From NCBI GenBank assembly GCA_039933195.1, contig JBDTON010000067.1, positions 5,033 to 69,032 on the forward strand: DNA of 64,000 nucleotides, written 5' to 3'. How positions within the stretch are numbered: position 1 is the first letter of the stretch; each line of letters begins with the position of its first letter. Shown here in pieces: positions 39,224-47,304 of this stretch. The position numbers were made by a program, and so were the translations under genes. Below the pieces are notes generated by a model. It saw only the letters and a list, made by a program, of their open reading frames with translations, was not told the origin of the DNA and ran no database searches. The stretch is from Sphingomicrobium sp. (GTDB lineage: Bacteria > Pseudomonadota > Alphaproteobacteria > Sphingomonadales > Sphingomonadaceae).

Positions 39224-40267
39224 ATGGCGCAAGTTTTGGCGGCGACAACGACACTGTTCCGCGACCGGGACCTTTTCATTCACGATGGTTCGAAGCTTCG
39301 CCGCTTCCGCGTTTCCGCTCCCTTCCAGGCGGTTCTCTTCGTCGTCCTGCTCGGCCTCGTCGCCTGGGCGAGCTACGCAACCGCTCGCCTCGTCAGCCGT
39401 CCGCACGCCATTTCCAGCCTTCCCGCCGCGACCGAAGCGCGCGCCCGGATGATCGAGCAGCGCCAGGCTTTGATCGAGGCCGCGCTGAGCGGCCAAAAGA
39501 TCGATCCGCAGCTGATCGCCGCCGCAGCTGGTGGCCGCGTCGCCAAAGACGGACCGCTGGCCCGGGTCGAGCAGCAGCAGCTGCAGCAAGCGGCGCTCGT
39601 CGCTCACGCGCTCGACGTCCGCTATCAGGTTACCGCCGTCGAGCTGAAGCGGCTCGGGATCAGTCCGGCGCCTGCCGGTTCTAACGGCGGCGTGGGCGGT
39701 CCGTTCGAGAGCGTCGGCAATGCCAGCTTCAAGGCTTTGTTCGACAGCTGGAAGAAGCTCGACCAGCTGCAGGACGGCGTCATTGCGGTGCCGTCCGACA
39801 AGCCGATCAAGGCCGCGGTGACCTTTACCAGCGGCTTTGGTGTCCGCTCTGATCCATTCCATGCCGGGGCTGCAATGCACCCCGGCATTGATCTGTCCGG
39901 CTCCTACGGCACTCCGATATACGCTACCGCCGACGGAACCGTGATTCGCGCCGGCTGGAATAGCGGCGGCTACGGTAACTTGGTCGAAGTCGACCACGGC
40001 CGCGGCATTACGACCCGCTACGGCCACATGTCGGCAATCCTCGTCAGCGCCGGCCAGCACGTCACCCGCGGCGAGCAGATCGGGCGCATGGGCTCGACCG
40101 GGCGCTCGACGGGGAACCACCTGCACTACGAAGTGCGCATCGACGGCCGCGCGGTGAACCCGATCCCGTTCATGAAGTCCACCGACTACGTGCTCGCGAT
40201 GCAGCGCCGCTCCGGCTCAGCATCGATGGATGCGGTGGGAATCGGCGGACCGGGCGGCGGACACTAA
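39224..40267 (+). CDS. M23 family metallopeptidase
   Basis: HPGID (HxxxD), GYGN.V, YGHM, STGNHLHYE, N-terminal TM. Confidence 0.92.
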   Translation: MAQVLAATTTLFRDRDLFIHDGSKLRRFRVSAPFQAVLFVVLLGLVAWASYATARLVSRPHAISSLPAATEARARMIEQRQALIEAALSGQKIDPQLIAAAAGGRVAKDGPLARVEQQQLQQAALVAHALDVRYQVTAVELKRLGISPAPAGSNGGVGGPFESVGNASFKALFDSWKKLDQLQDGVIAVPSDKPIKAAVTFTSGFGVRSDPFHAGAAMHPGIDLSGSYGTPIYATADGTVIRAGWNSGGYGNLVEVDHGRGITTRYGHMSAILVSAGQHVTRGEQIGRMGSTGRSTGNHLHYEVRIDGRAVNPIPFMKSTDYVLAMQRRSGSASMDAVGIGGPGGGH

Positions 40268-40313
40268 TCGCTACGCGGTTGTTCCGAGCTTCCTCGCTTC
40301 CTATCTCGCTCGA

Positions 40314-40646
40314 GTGATCGAAGCCGACATCATCCTGACGCACAACGCGGCGAAGCGCGTCGCCTGGATCGCCGAGCGCCAGTCGAAGCCGGCTGTCCTG
40401 AGGCTGGCGGTCGACGGCGGCGGCTGTGCGGGATTCACCTACAAGTTTGAGCTGGCAGACGGTCCCGAGGCGAAGGACACGGTCGCCGAGACCGACGGAG
40501 TAAAGCTGGTGGTCGATCCGATGAGCCTCGAGCTGGTCAAAGGGTCGGCGGTAGATTTCGTCGAGGACCTCGGTGGCGCGGCTTTCAAGGTCACCAACCC
40601 CAACGCCCAGTCGGGCTGCGGCTGCGGGTCCAGCTTCAGCGTATAA
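40314..40646 (+). CDS. Fe-S cluster A-type carrier (ErpA/HesB family)
   Basis: GGGCAGF and NPNAQSGCGCGSSF. Confidence 0.92.
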   Translation: MIEADIILTHNAAKRVAWIAERQSKPAVLRLAVDGGGCAGFTYKFELADGPEAKDTVAETDGVKLVVDPMSLELVKGSAVDFVEDLGGAAFKVTNPNAQSGCGCGSSFSV

Positions 40647-40757
40647 TTTAGCGACCGTTCGTCGGCGGGCAGGCTCAGCGGCGTCCTGCTCACGCTTGCG
40701 GCCGGCGAGGGGTACGCACGCTTCCCCGCTTGACCCGCCGCCGCTAAGCGGCAAGCG

Positions 40758-41531
40758 ATGAAGCTCGCCACGTTCAACATCAACGGCATCCGCGCGCGCA
40801 TGCCGCGACTGCTCGAATGGCTCGAGCGCGAAAAGCCTGACATCGCCTGCCTGCAGGAGCTGAAATGCGCCGACGAGGCGCTGCCCATCGCCGATATTGA
40901 GGCGGCGGGTTACGGCGCGGTGTGGCACGGGCAGAAAGGGTTCAACGGGGTGGCGATCCTCGCCCGCGGCGATGCGCCCGAGCTGCGACGCGTCGGGCTT
41001 CCCGGCGACCCCGACGACACCCACAGCCGCTACATCGAGGCCGAGGTCCAGGGGGTGGTTGTCGGCTCGCTCTATCTGCCCAACGGCAATCCGGTTGGGA
41101 CCGAGAAGTTCGACTACAAGCTCAAGTGGATGCAGCGCCTCGGAGCGCACGCCCGAGAGCTGCTCGAGGACGAGCGCCCGGTGGTTCTCTGCGGCGACTG
41201 GAACGTCGTTCCGGAAGACCGCGACGTCTTCTCCGCGCGCGCCACGGCCAACGACGCCGTGATGCAGCCAGAAACGCGGCGCGCGTGGCGCCAGATCCTG
41301 CACCAGGGCTGGACCGACGCGCTGCGCGCGCTGCACCCCAATGAGGACAAGCTCTACACCTTCTGGGACTACACCGCCGGCTGCTGGCAGCGCGACCTCG
41401 GCTTCCGCCTCGATCACCTGCTGTGCTCGCCCGAGGCGGCCGACCGGCTGCAAGGCGCCGGCGTCGACAAGTGGGCGCGGGGGCAGGAGAAGGCGAGCGA
41501 CCACGCGCCGACTTGGTTGGAGCTTAGTTAG
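40758..41531 (+). CDS. xth: Exodeoxyribonuclease III
   Basis: FNINGIRAR, LQELK, GDWN, RLDH, SDHAP. Confidence 0.95.
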   Translation: MKLATFNINGIRARMPRLLEWLEREKPDIACLQELKCADEALPIADIEAAGYGAVWHGQKGFNGVAILARGDAPELRRVGLPGDPDDTHSRYIEAEVQGVVVGSLYLPNGNPVGTEKFDYKLKWMQRLGAHARELLEDERPVVLCGDWNVVPEDRDVFSARATANDAVMQPETRRAWRQILHQGWTDALRALHPNEDKLYTFWDYTAGCWQRDLGFRLDHLLCSPEAADRLQGAGVDKWARGQEKASDHAPTWLELS

Positions 41532-41551
41532 GCTCGCCAGCTTTGCGGATT

Positions 41552-41574
41552 GTCTGTTTGGGTGGAAAGCGGAC
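41552..41574 (+). repeat. Short imperfect palindrome, cassette-boundary family copy 2
   Basis: GTCTGTTTGGGTGGAAAGCGGAC, abutting the cupin stop codon. Confidence 0.8.
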
Positions 41575-41575
41575 G

Positions 41576-42043
41576 TTAGCCTTCCTGGTCCTCACGCGTG
41601 ATGCTCGGTTGAACCGACCACTCTGCTGGTTCGTCATCCATATCCGCCGCAGCGTCGGACGCCGTCTTGTGTATTTTGCCCGGCTTGTGGTGAGCGGGTG
41701 CATAGATCGCGTAAATCTGCATTGGTTCTTTGCCGATGTTGGTGACGTTGTGCCAGGAACCGGCCGGTACCAAGATGCACCAACCGTCGGAAACCTCCTT
41801 CTCGAAGGTGAGCTGATCTTTCGCGGTCCCAATCTGAACTCGGCCCCGACCAGCATCCAAACGAAGAAACTGGTCGGTTTCAGGATGCATTTCCAATCCG
41901 ATGTCGCAGCCAACCGGGATCGACATGAGCGTCACTTGCAAATAGCGCCCGCTCCACGCGACGGAGCGATAGTGGCTGTTTTCACGAGTGGACTTCTCGA
42001 GATCGAATGACTGGGGTTGCGGGCCGATGTCCTCGATTGTCAT
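41576..42043 (-). CDS. Cupin domain protein
   Basis: QVTLMSI, IGLEMH...DQF, VPAGSWHNV, YAPAHH. Confidence 0.9.
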   Translation of the reverse strand: MTIEDIGPQPQSFDLEKSTRENSHYRSVAWSGRYLQVTLMSIPVGCDIGLEMHPETDQFLRLDAGRGRVQIGTAKDQLTFEKEVSDGWCILVPAGSWHNVTNIGKEPMQIYAIYAPAHHKPGKIHKTASDAAADMDDEPAEWSVQPSITREDQEG

Positions 42044-42137
42044 GAGCGTGCATCCTTCTGCTTAAAGTTTACCGGCAATTACGGGCTTAGGGTGCGAGCC
42101 GCAGTAGGTAGATAGCCGGAGCCGTGCAGACAGGGAA

Positions 42138-42293
42138 ATGCGTGAACATGCGGAGCCGGAGCAGGCAGGTAACGCTATCCGCGAGGCTGCTGTCCTGGAG
42201 AAGCCGTTCACCGCGGCGCGGTTCATGTACGCCGTTCACCACGTCCTCAGCTGGGGGACTCCCGGGCCGCTATTAACTTCTGAACAGAAATGA
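42138..42293 (+). pseudogene. Remnant of a receiver-domain gene (C-terminal part only)
   Basis: EPEQAGNAIREAAVLEKPFTAARF resembles SPGQVRIRMPGHPLVEKPFSAHH of the RR at 1682-2029. Acidic pocket and phospho-Asp regions are absent. Confidence 0.5.
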
Positions 42294-42339
42294 AATTTTA
42301 ACCATAAAGAGCGCACTGCGTCCCCCGAGGGACGATGTA

Positions 42340-42834
42340 GTGCCGTTACCTGCTGAGATACGAGAGACGCAGAGTGCCGACCGGCGCGGCGCGGTCCGTC
42401 GAACACTCCAGCTGAGTGTAGATAGTCAATTGTCGAATGGCGCATTGGAAGCCGTGATTCGCGATCTTTCCGAATACGGCCTCCTCCTTGAAACCGCGGT
42501 TGGTCTAGCGCTCGGGGAACGCTTGTATGTCGAGCTTCCCGAAGCCGGGATTCGGGCCGCGGTTGTGGTGTGGAGTCGCGGAAATCTTTTTGGATGCGAG
42601 TTCCAGGTTCCACTGACAAAGAAAATTGTAAGCGCGACGCTGTTGCGGGCACCGAGTGAGCGCTCGATCGACGGAGTCGCTGACCTGTCGCCGCCAGACG
42701 GTCTGTTGGAAAGTGGCGACCCCTATGAGACCGAAACCGACAATAGCGCTCTCTTGGTGCTGATAATCAGCCTGGTCGTTCTGCTGCTGGCCACCCTGCT
42801 CTTCCTAAGTGCTCTATTAGCATCGGTCAGATAA
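42340..42834 (+). CDS. PilZ domain protein with C-terminal TM helix
   Basis: RRGAVR (RxxxR), DLSEYG (DxSxxG), VVW...GCEF. Confidence 0.8.
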   Translation: MPLPAEIRETQSADRRGAVRRTLQLSVDSQLSNGALEAVIRDLSEYGLLLETAVGLALGERLYVELPEAGIRAAVVVWSRGNLFGCEFQVPLTKKIVSATLLRAPSERSIDGVADLSPPDGLLESGDPYETETDNSALLVLIISLVVLLLATLLFLSALLASVR

Positions 42835-42844
42835 GGCGCCGAAG

Positions 42845-42868
42845 GTCCGCAACGGGTCGAAATCTGAC
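42845..42868 (+). repeat. Short imperfect palindrome, cassette-boundary family copy 3
   Basis: GTCCGCAACGGGTCGAAATCTGAC followed by GTTAG, as in copy 2. Confidence 0.75.
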
Positions 42869-42914
42869 GTTAGAGCCAATCGGACCGGTGATGATACCGC
42901 GCCCACACGAGGCG

Positions 42915-43268
42915 CTATTCCCGCGTCTTCATCCGGGCCGCCATGGCGTTCGAGCGATCGATCAGGGCGGAAGCCTCGCGTTTATCGAGCTCGCTGTCAA
43001 AGCAAAGACCCATGACCCCGGCGTTTTGCCACCTGATTATCGCCGCACGACCGAGCGTTCCGCAATCCAGGATCACGGCCGTTCCAACCGACAGACTAGC
43101 CGGGCAATCCAGCTTCGCGCCGCCGGGAGACAGGTCGAGGATCTGGACGGCATGACGCTCTCCATTGGCTTGCAGGAACGCCGGTAACGCCACCGGGACC
43201 CGCGAATAGACGCGGCGGTCCGCATAGGGATCACGGTCTTGAGGGGAGGGAACGGAGCTTGTCATCAT
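42915..43268 (-). CDS. Single-domain PilZ protein
   Basis: RRVYSR, DLSPGG, IRW...MGLCF. Confidence 0.85.
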   Translation of the reverse strand: MMTSSVPSPQDRDPYADRRVYSRVPVALPAFLQANGERHAVQILDLSPGGAKLDCPASLSVGTAVILDCGTLGRAAIIRWQNAGVMGLCFDSELDKREASALIDRSNAMAARMKTRE

Positions 43269-43324
43269 ATCTCGCTTGTCGGGACGGCGTAGCACCGAGG
43301 GTGCTGCCAGAGTGTGAACGGCAA

Positions 43325-43348
43325 GTCCGCAATGAGTCGAAAGCGGAC
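43325..43348 (+). repeat. Short imperfect palindrome, cassette-boundary family copy 4
   Basis: GTCCGCAATGAGTCGAAAGCGGAC. Confidence 0.8.
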
Positions 43349-43415
43349 TTTTGGCGCGGCCCCATCGAACCCGGGTGCCGAGCGCTGACCGAGCTGGCGA
43401 CAATTCAGGGCGCTA

Positions 43416-43440
43416 ATTGCTTCGCTGCCCTCGCAACGAC
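43416..43440. repeat. Half copy of REP-like family A
   Basis: ATTGCTTCGCTGCCCTCGCAACGAC resembles the right arm of 56850-56916. Confidence 0.5.
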
Positions 43441-43442
43441 GG

Positions 43443-44585
43443 TCAAAGGTCTTTGCTGTATATCCGATAGCGGTGATTGACGCGGGCGCCGGGCAGCTCC
43501 GCGATCGACAGCATTCCTTTATTGTCCTCCAGGATCCAGCCGAACTCGCCAATTTCGATGCCGAACTTTCCGACGCAGTCGCGGCGGGTGTATTCGATCA
43601 GCATGAAGGCGAGCTGGCTCGCGAGGCGCGATTGGTGGAGCTTCTTCGCCACGCCCATCAGGGGAACGCGCGCCCGGTGCGTGCGCGGCTTGCGCAGCCG
43701 CCACAGCAGTTTCGCCCAGCCGAACGGAAACAGCTCCCCGTTCAGGTCCTTGATGAGCTCGTTGATGTCGGGGAGCGTGATCATGAACGCCACCGGCTCG
43801 CCGTCCAGCTCCGCGACGCGCACCAGCTCGTTGTAAATGATCGGTTTGAGCTTTTTGCCGGCGTAGGCGATCTCCGCCTCCGTCAGCGGGACGTAGCCCC
43901 AGTTGTCCGACCAGGCGTCGTTCAAGAGGTTGAGGATGACCCGCGCCTCCTCCTTGAAGCGCGATTTGTCGACCATTCGGATGCGGATGTGCGGGTTGCG
44001 CTCGCCCATCGCGATCAGGCGGTTGATCTTGGGGTCTTCCCAGTGGGCGATGTCGACTTCGTAGGTCAGCAGGTCCTTGGCTTTCGAATAGCCCGCCGCC
44101 TCGATCCACGCGCGGTATTCCGGCTTGTGATGGCCCATCATCGCCGTCGGAGGCTCGGCAAAGCCCTCGATCTCGAGTCCGGGCTCGTCCCAAATCGAAA
44201 GGCTGATCGGGCCCAGCGCGCTGGTCATGCCCTCCTTGCGTAGCCAATCCTCCGCCGTCACGATCAGCGCAGCTGCGGCCTCGCCGTCGAGCGCCTCGAA
44301 CATGCCCCACTGGCCGATTCCGGCGCCCATATGCTCCTGCACCAGATCGTCGACCTGCGCGCTGATGCGGCCAACGATTTTGCCGCCGCGCTCGGCGAGC
44401 CACAGCTGCGCGCGCGCATGCTCGAACCACGGGTTCTTGCCCGGAGTGATGAGGCCGTGCACCTCGTCCTTCAGCGGCGGGACCCAAGCGGGATCGTCGC
44501 GATAGACTTCCCACGCGAGGTCAACGAACGCCTTTTTGTCCTTCTTGGTGACAACCGGGCGGACCGTGACGGGGGTGCTGTTCAT
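43443..44585 (-). CDS. YghO-like GNAT protein, probable bacterial ceramide synthase (bCerS)
   Basis: Y.DDP.WVPPL, NPWFEH, VGRISA, AWSDNWGYVP, WILEDN. About 380 aa. Confidence 0.7.
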   Translation of the reverse strand: MNSTPVTVRPVVTKKDKKAFVDLAWEVYRDDPAWVPPLKDEVHGLITPGKNPWFEHARAQLWLAERGGKIVGRISAQVDDLVQEHMGAGIGQWGMFEALDGEAAAALIVTAEDWLRKEGMTSALGPISLSIWDEPGLEIEGFAEPPTAMMGHHKPEYRAWIEAAGYSKAKDLLTYEVDIAHWEDPKINRLIAMGERNPHIRIRMVDKSRFKEEARVILNLLNDAWSDNWGYVPLTEAEIAYAGKKLKPIIYNELVRVAELDGEPVAFMITLPDINELIKDLNGELFPFGWAKLLWRLRKPRTHRARVPLMGVAKKLHQSRLASQLAFMLIEYTRRDCVGKFGIEIGEFGWILEDNKGMLSIAELPGARVNHRYRIYSKDL

Positions 44586-44688
44586 CGCAGTTGGCTAGCG
44601 GCTGTTCGCCGCACGCGCCAGTTACGTTCATTGCGAGGCCACGATGCGGCCACTATCTTCGTCCAGAGGCCAGCACTTGCAAGGACTT

Positions 44689-45798
44689 ATGACCGACACC
44701 GCGATTCTCGAGCGCACGACCGACGCTGCCGCGCCCAATGTCACTGGGCAGCGCGCACCGCTGCGCAAGGACGATGCGGCGATGCTCAAGGCCGCGGCGA
44801 AGCTGACGCGCGACCTCAACCAGCCGAGATCGAGCATTTACTGGGCGGACATGCTCGGCTCGGCCCTGCTCGGTTATGCCGGGCTGTTCGCTGCGATGCT
44901 GGTGCGCTCGACGCCGGTCGCGCTGCTCGCCGGCCTCGTGGCGATCCTCGCGCTCTACCGCGCCGGCTCGTTCATCCATGAGCTGACGCACATCAAGAAG
45001 GGGGCGGTGAAGGGCTTCCGCCTCGCGTGGAACGCAATGGTAGGAGTGCCGCTGCTCATCCCGAGCTTCATGTACGAGGGCGTGCACAACCAGCATCACG
45101 CCAAGTCCTATTACGGCACTGCCAACGACCCCGAATATCTGCCGCTTGCGCTGATGCATCCGTGGACCCTGCCGGTGTTCCTTGTCGCGGCCGCGCTGGC
45201 GCCGGTCGGAATGCTGATCCGGTTTGCGATCCTCGCGCCGCTCTCGCTGCTGTCGCCCAAGCTGCGGAGCATCGTAGTGGGGCGGTACTCGGGGTTGCAG
45301 ATCAATCCCAAGTTCGTCCGCGCGCGGCCCGAAGGCAAGTTCGCGCGCGACTGGGCGTGGCAGGAATGCGCGGCGAGCGTCTGGGCGGTCGCCCTGATTG
45401 CGATGGTCGCGACCGGTGTCATTGCGCTGCGGGACTTCGGCATCTTCCTCGCGATCTCAGCGGGCGTGATGTTTCTCAATCAGGTCCGTACGCTGGTCGC
45501 GCATCTGTGGGAGAATGACGGTGAGCCGATGAGCGTGACCGCGCAATTCCTCGACAGCGTCAACGTGCCGCCGCCGGCGACGCTGCCGGCGCTCTGGGCG
45601 CCGGTCGGCCTGCGCTATCACGCGCTGCACCATTTGCTGCCGGGGCTACCCTATCATGCGTTGGGCGAGGCCCACCGGCGGTTGTGCAAAGCGCTGGAGG
45701 CAAACTCCATCTATAACGCATCGAGCCATCGGGGCCTGTCGCCGTTGGTGAGGCGGCTCGCGGCCAGAACCTTGACTAACCGCTCTATTTCCGCTTGA
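44689..45798 (+). CDS. Membrane fatty-acid desaturase/hydroxylase family protein
   Basis: Three His boxes (HELTH, HNQHH, HALHH) and several TM segments. Confidence 0.88.
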   Translation: MTDTAILERTTDAAAPNVTGQRAPLRKDDAAMLKAAAKLTRDLNQPRSSIYWADMLGSALLGYAGLFAAMLVRSTPVALLAGLVAILALYRAGSFIHELTHIKKGAVKGFRLAWNAMVGVPLLIPSFMYEGVHNQHHAKSYYGTANDPEYLPLALMHPWTLPVFLVAAALAPVGMLIRFAILAPLSLLSPKLRSIVVGRYSGLQINPKFVRARPEGKFARDWAWQECAASVWAVALIAMVATGVIALRDFGIFLAISAGVMFLNQVRTLVAHLWENDGEPMSVTAQFLDSVNVPPPATLPALWAPVGLRYHALHHLLPGLPYHALGEAHRRLCKALEANSIYNASSHRGLSPLVRRLAARTLTNRSISA

Positions 45799-45876
45799 GG
45801 CCCACACGTCCGGCGGGCCTTGCGCTCGCCGCTTCCATTTTGGGGTGAGGGCGGTCCCCCAAAGACATCGCCTGGC

Positions 45877-45899
45877 CGGGGATACCTGACACGGTCCCC
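45877..45899 (+). ncRNA. Probable L17 ribosomal-protein leader hairpin
   Basis: GGGGATACCTGACACGGTCCCC hairpin just 5' of the rplQ RBS. Resembles the L17-Actino-Proteobacteria leader as I recall it. Confidence 0.5.
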
Positions 45900-45918
45900 T
45901 GACGAACGGAGAAAACAC

Positions 45919-46338
45919 ATGCGACATCGCGTCGGCCATCGGAAACTTCAGCGCACCTCGAGCCACCGCACGGCCTTGTTCCGCAACATGGCGGCGGCGC
46001 TGATCAAGCACGAGCAGATCACCACCACGACCGCCAAGGCGAAGGAGCTTCGCCCCTATGTCGAGAAGCTGGTTACGCTCGCCAAGCGCGGCGGGCTGTC
46101 GAACCGCCGTCTGGCCCAGTCGCGGCTGATGGACGACGCGCAGCTGGCCAAGCTTTTCGACGTCATCGCCCCGCGCTACGCCGACCGCAACGGCGGCTAC
46201 ACGCGGGTGATCAAGGCCGGAATCCGCATTTCCGACGCGGCGCCGATCGCGGTGATTGAATTCGTCGACCGCGACGTCACCGCCAAGGGACAGGACTCTG
46301 GCCCGGTGATGACCGAAGAAGAGTTCGAAGCGGCCTGA
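45919..46338 (+). CDS. rplQ: 50S ribosomal protein L17
   Basis: MRHR...[29 protein letters not shown]. Confidence 0.97.
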   Translation: MRHRVGHRKLQRTSSHRTALFRNMAAALIKHEQITTTTAKAKELRPYVEKLVTLAKRGGLSNRRLAQSRLMDDAQLAKLFDVIAPRYADRNGGYTRVIKAGIRISDAAPIAVIEFVDRDVTAKGQDSGPVMTEEEFEAA

Positions 46339-46364
46339 GTCGCTGGATCGTCAGTTGAGATTCA

Positions 46365-46402
46365 GGGCGCGGCGGTTAAGCAACTGCCGCGCCTTTTGTT
46401 TT
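46365..46402 (+). terminator. Rho-independent terminator
   Basis: GGCGCGGCGGTT/AACTGCCGCGCC stem followed by TTTTGTTTT. Confidence 0.85.
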
Positions 46403-46651
46403 GGGGAGGGGATTTTATGCGCCGGAGCCAAGATCATCGAGGAAGCCGCCGACGTCCATGCCTTTCTCGCGCGCTTCACGGAGCTTGACCTCGGCAAGTA
46501 AGCCTTTGTTTTGGAACGTCCTTTTGTTGCTTTGATGAACTTCGGCCAACGCCCGGTTCACGAGCGGTGCATCCCCGGAACGATAGCAGGAGAACATGGC
46601 GCCGCCGTGCGTTCTTGCGACGTGTCGGCGCAGCGTTTGAGGAGACGGGCC

Positions 46652-47185
46652 ATGATGGCTGTGAGTAAGATTTTGGCGGGCGGCGTTGCTGCTGCCGCGC
46701 TTGTGACGGCGGCGCCCGCCGCGGCGCAATATTATCCTGGCTACGGCGGCGGCAATGTCGTCGGCCAAGTCATCAACCAGGTGCTGGGCGGCGGCTATGG
46801 CGGTTATGGCTACAACCAGCAGGCTCTGACCAATCAGTGCGCTGCTGCGGTCCAGCAGCGGCTTAACGGCGGCTACGGCGGTTATGGATATGCCGGCGGA
46901 TACGGCGGCGGCCGGGTGCTCGGAATCAGCCGCGTCGAGCCTCGCTCGGGCGGTGGATTCACCATCCGCGGAGTCGCCAGCAGCGGCCGATACGCCGGCT
47001 ACGGCTACGGCGGCCAGGCGCAGCCCGATCTGACGTGGAAGTGCAAGATGGACTATCGCGGGTTCGTCACGGGCATCGACGTCAGTCTTGCACGGAGCAA
47101 CTACGGCTACAGCGGTTACAACGGCTACAACAACACGCCGTACAACAACTACGATTATTCGCAGTACGGCTACCGCCGCTACTAG
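46652..47185 (+). CDS. Secreted Gly/Tyr/Asn-rich protein
   Basis: GAGGAG RBS, signal peptide ending APAAA-Q, GGYGGYGY repeats, two Cys. Confidence 0.8.
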   Translation: MMAVSKILAGGVAAAALVTAAPAAAQYYPGYGGGNVVGQVINQVLGGGYGGYGYNQQALTNQCAAAVQQRLNGGYGGYGYAGGYGGGRVLGISRVEPRSGGGFTIRGVASSGRYAGYGYGGQAQPDLTWKCKMDYRGFVTGIDVSLARSNYGYSGYNGYNNTPYNNYDYSQYGYRRY

Positions 47186-47209
47186 GGGCTCGACAACTTC
47201 GTCACGAAG

Positions 47210-47246
47210 GATGCGCCGGGGTCGAAGGACTCCGGCGCATTTCGTT
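47210..47246 (+). terminator. Probable terminator hairpin
   Basis: ATGCGCCGGGGTC/GACTCCGGCGCAT stem followed by TTCGTT. Confidence 0.6.
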
Positions 47247-47304
47247 GGTGACCTGAGCAGCCGCTCAACTTTACTCCCGCGTGGATGCTCTCTATCCGCC
47301 CGCC

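Noticed and set aside
40647-40757. GC-rich intergenic region between erpA-like gene and xth as an ncRNA
   Set aside because: No recognisable family motif, tRNA fold or terminator; any pairing is explained by high GC.
41552-43348. Canonical integron or attC array
   Set aside because: The elements are only 23-24 bp, lack paired R''/R' ends around a long stem, genes face both directions, and no intI is present.
41552-43348. CRISPR array
   Set aside because: Repeats are degenerate and separated by 0.45-1.3 kb of genes. No cas genes.
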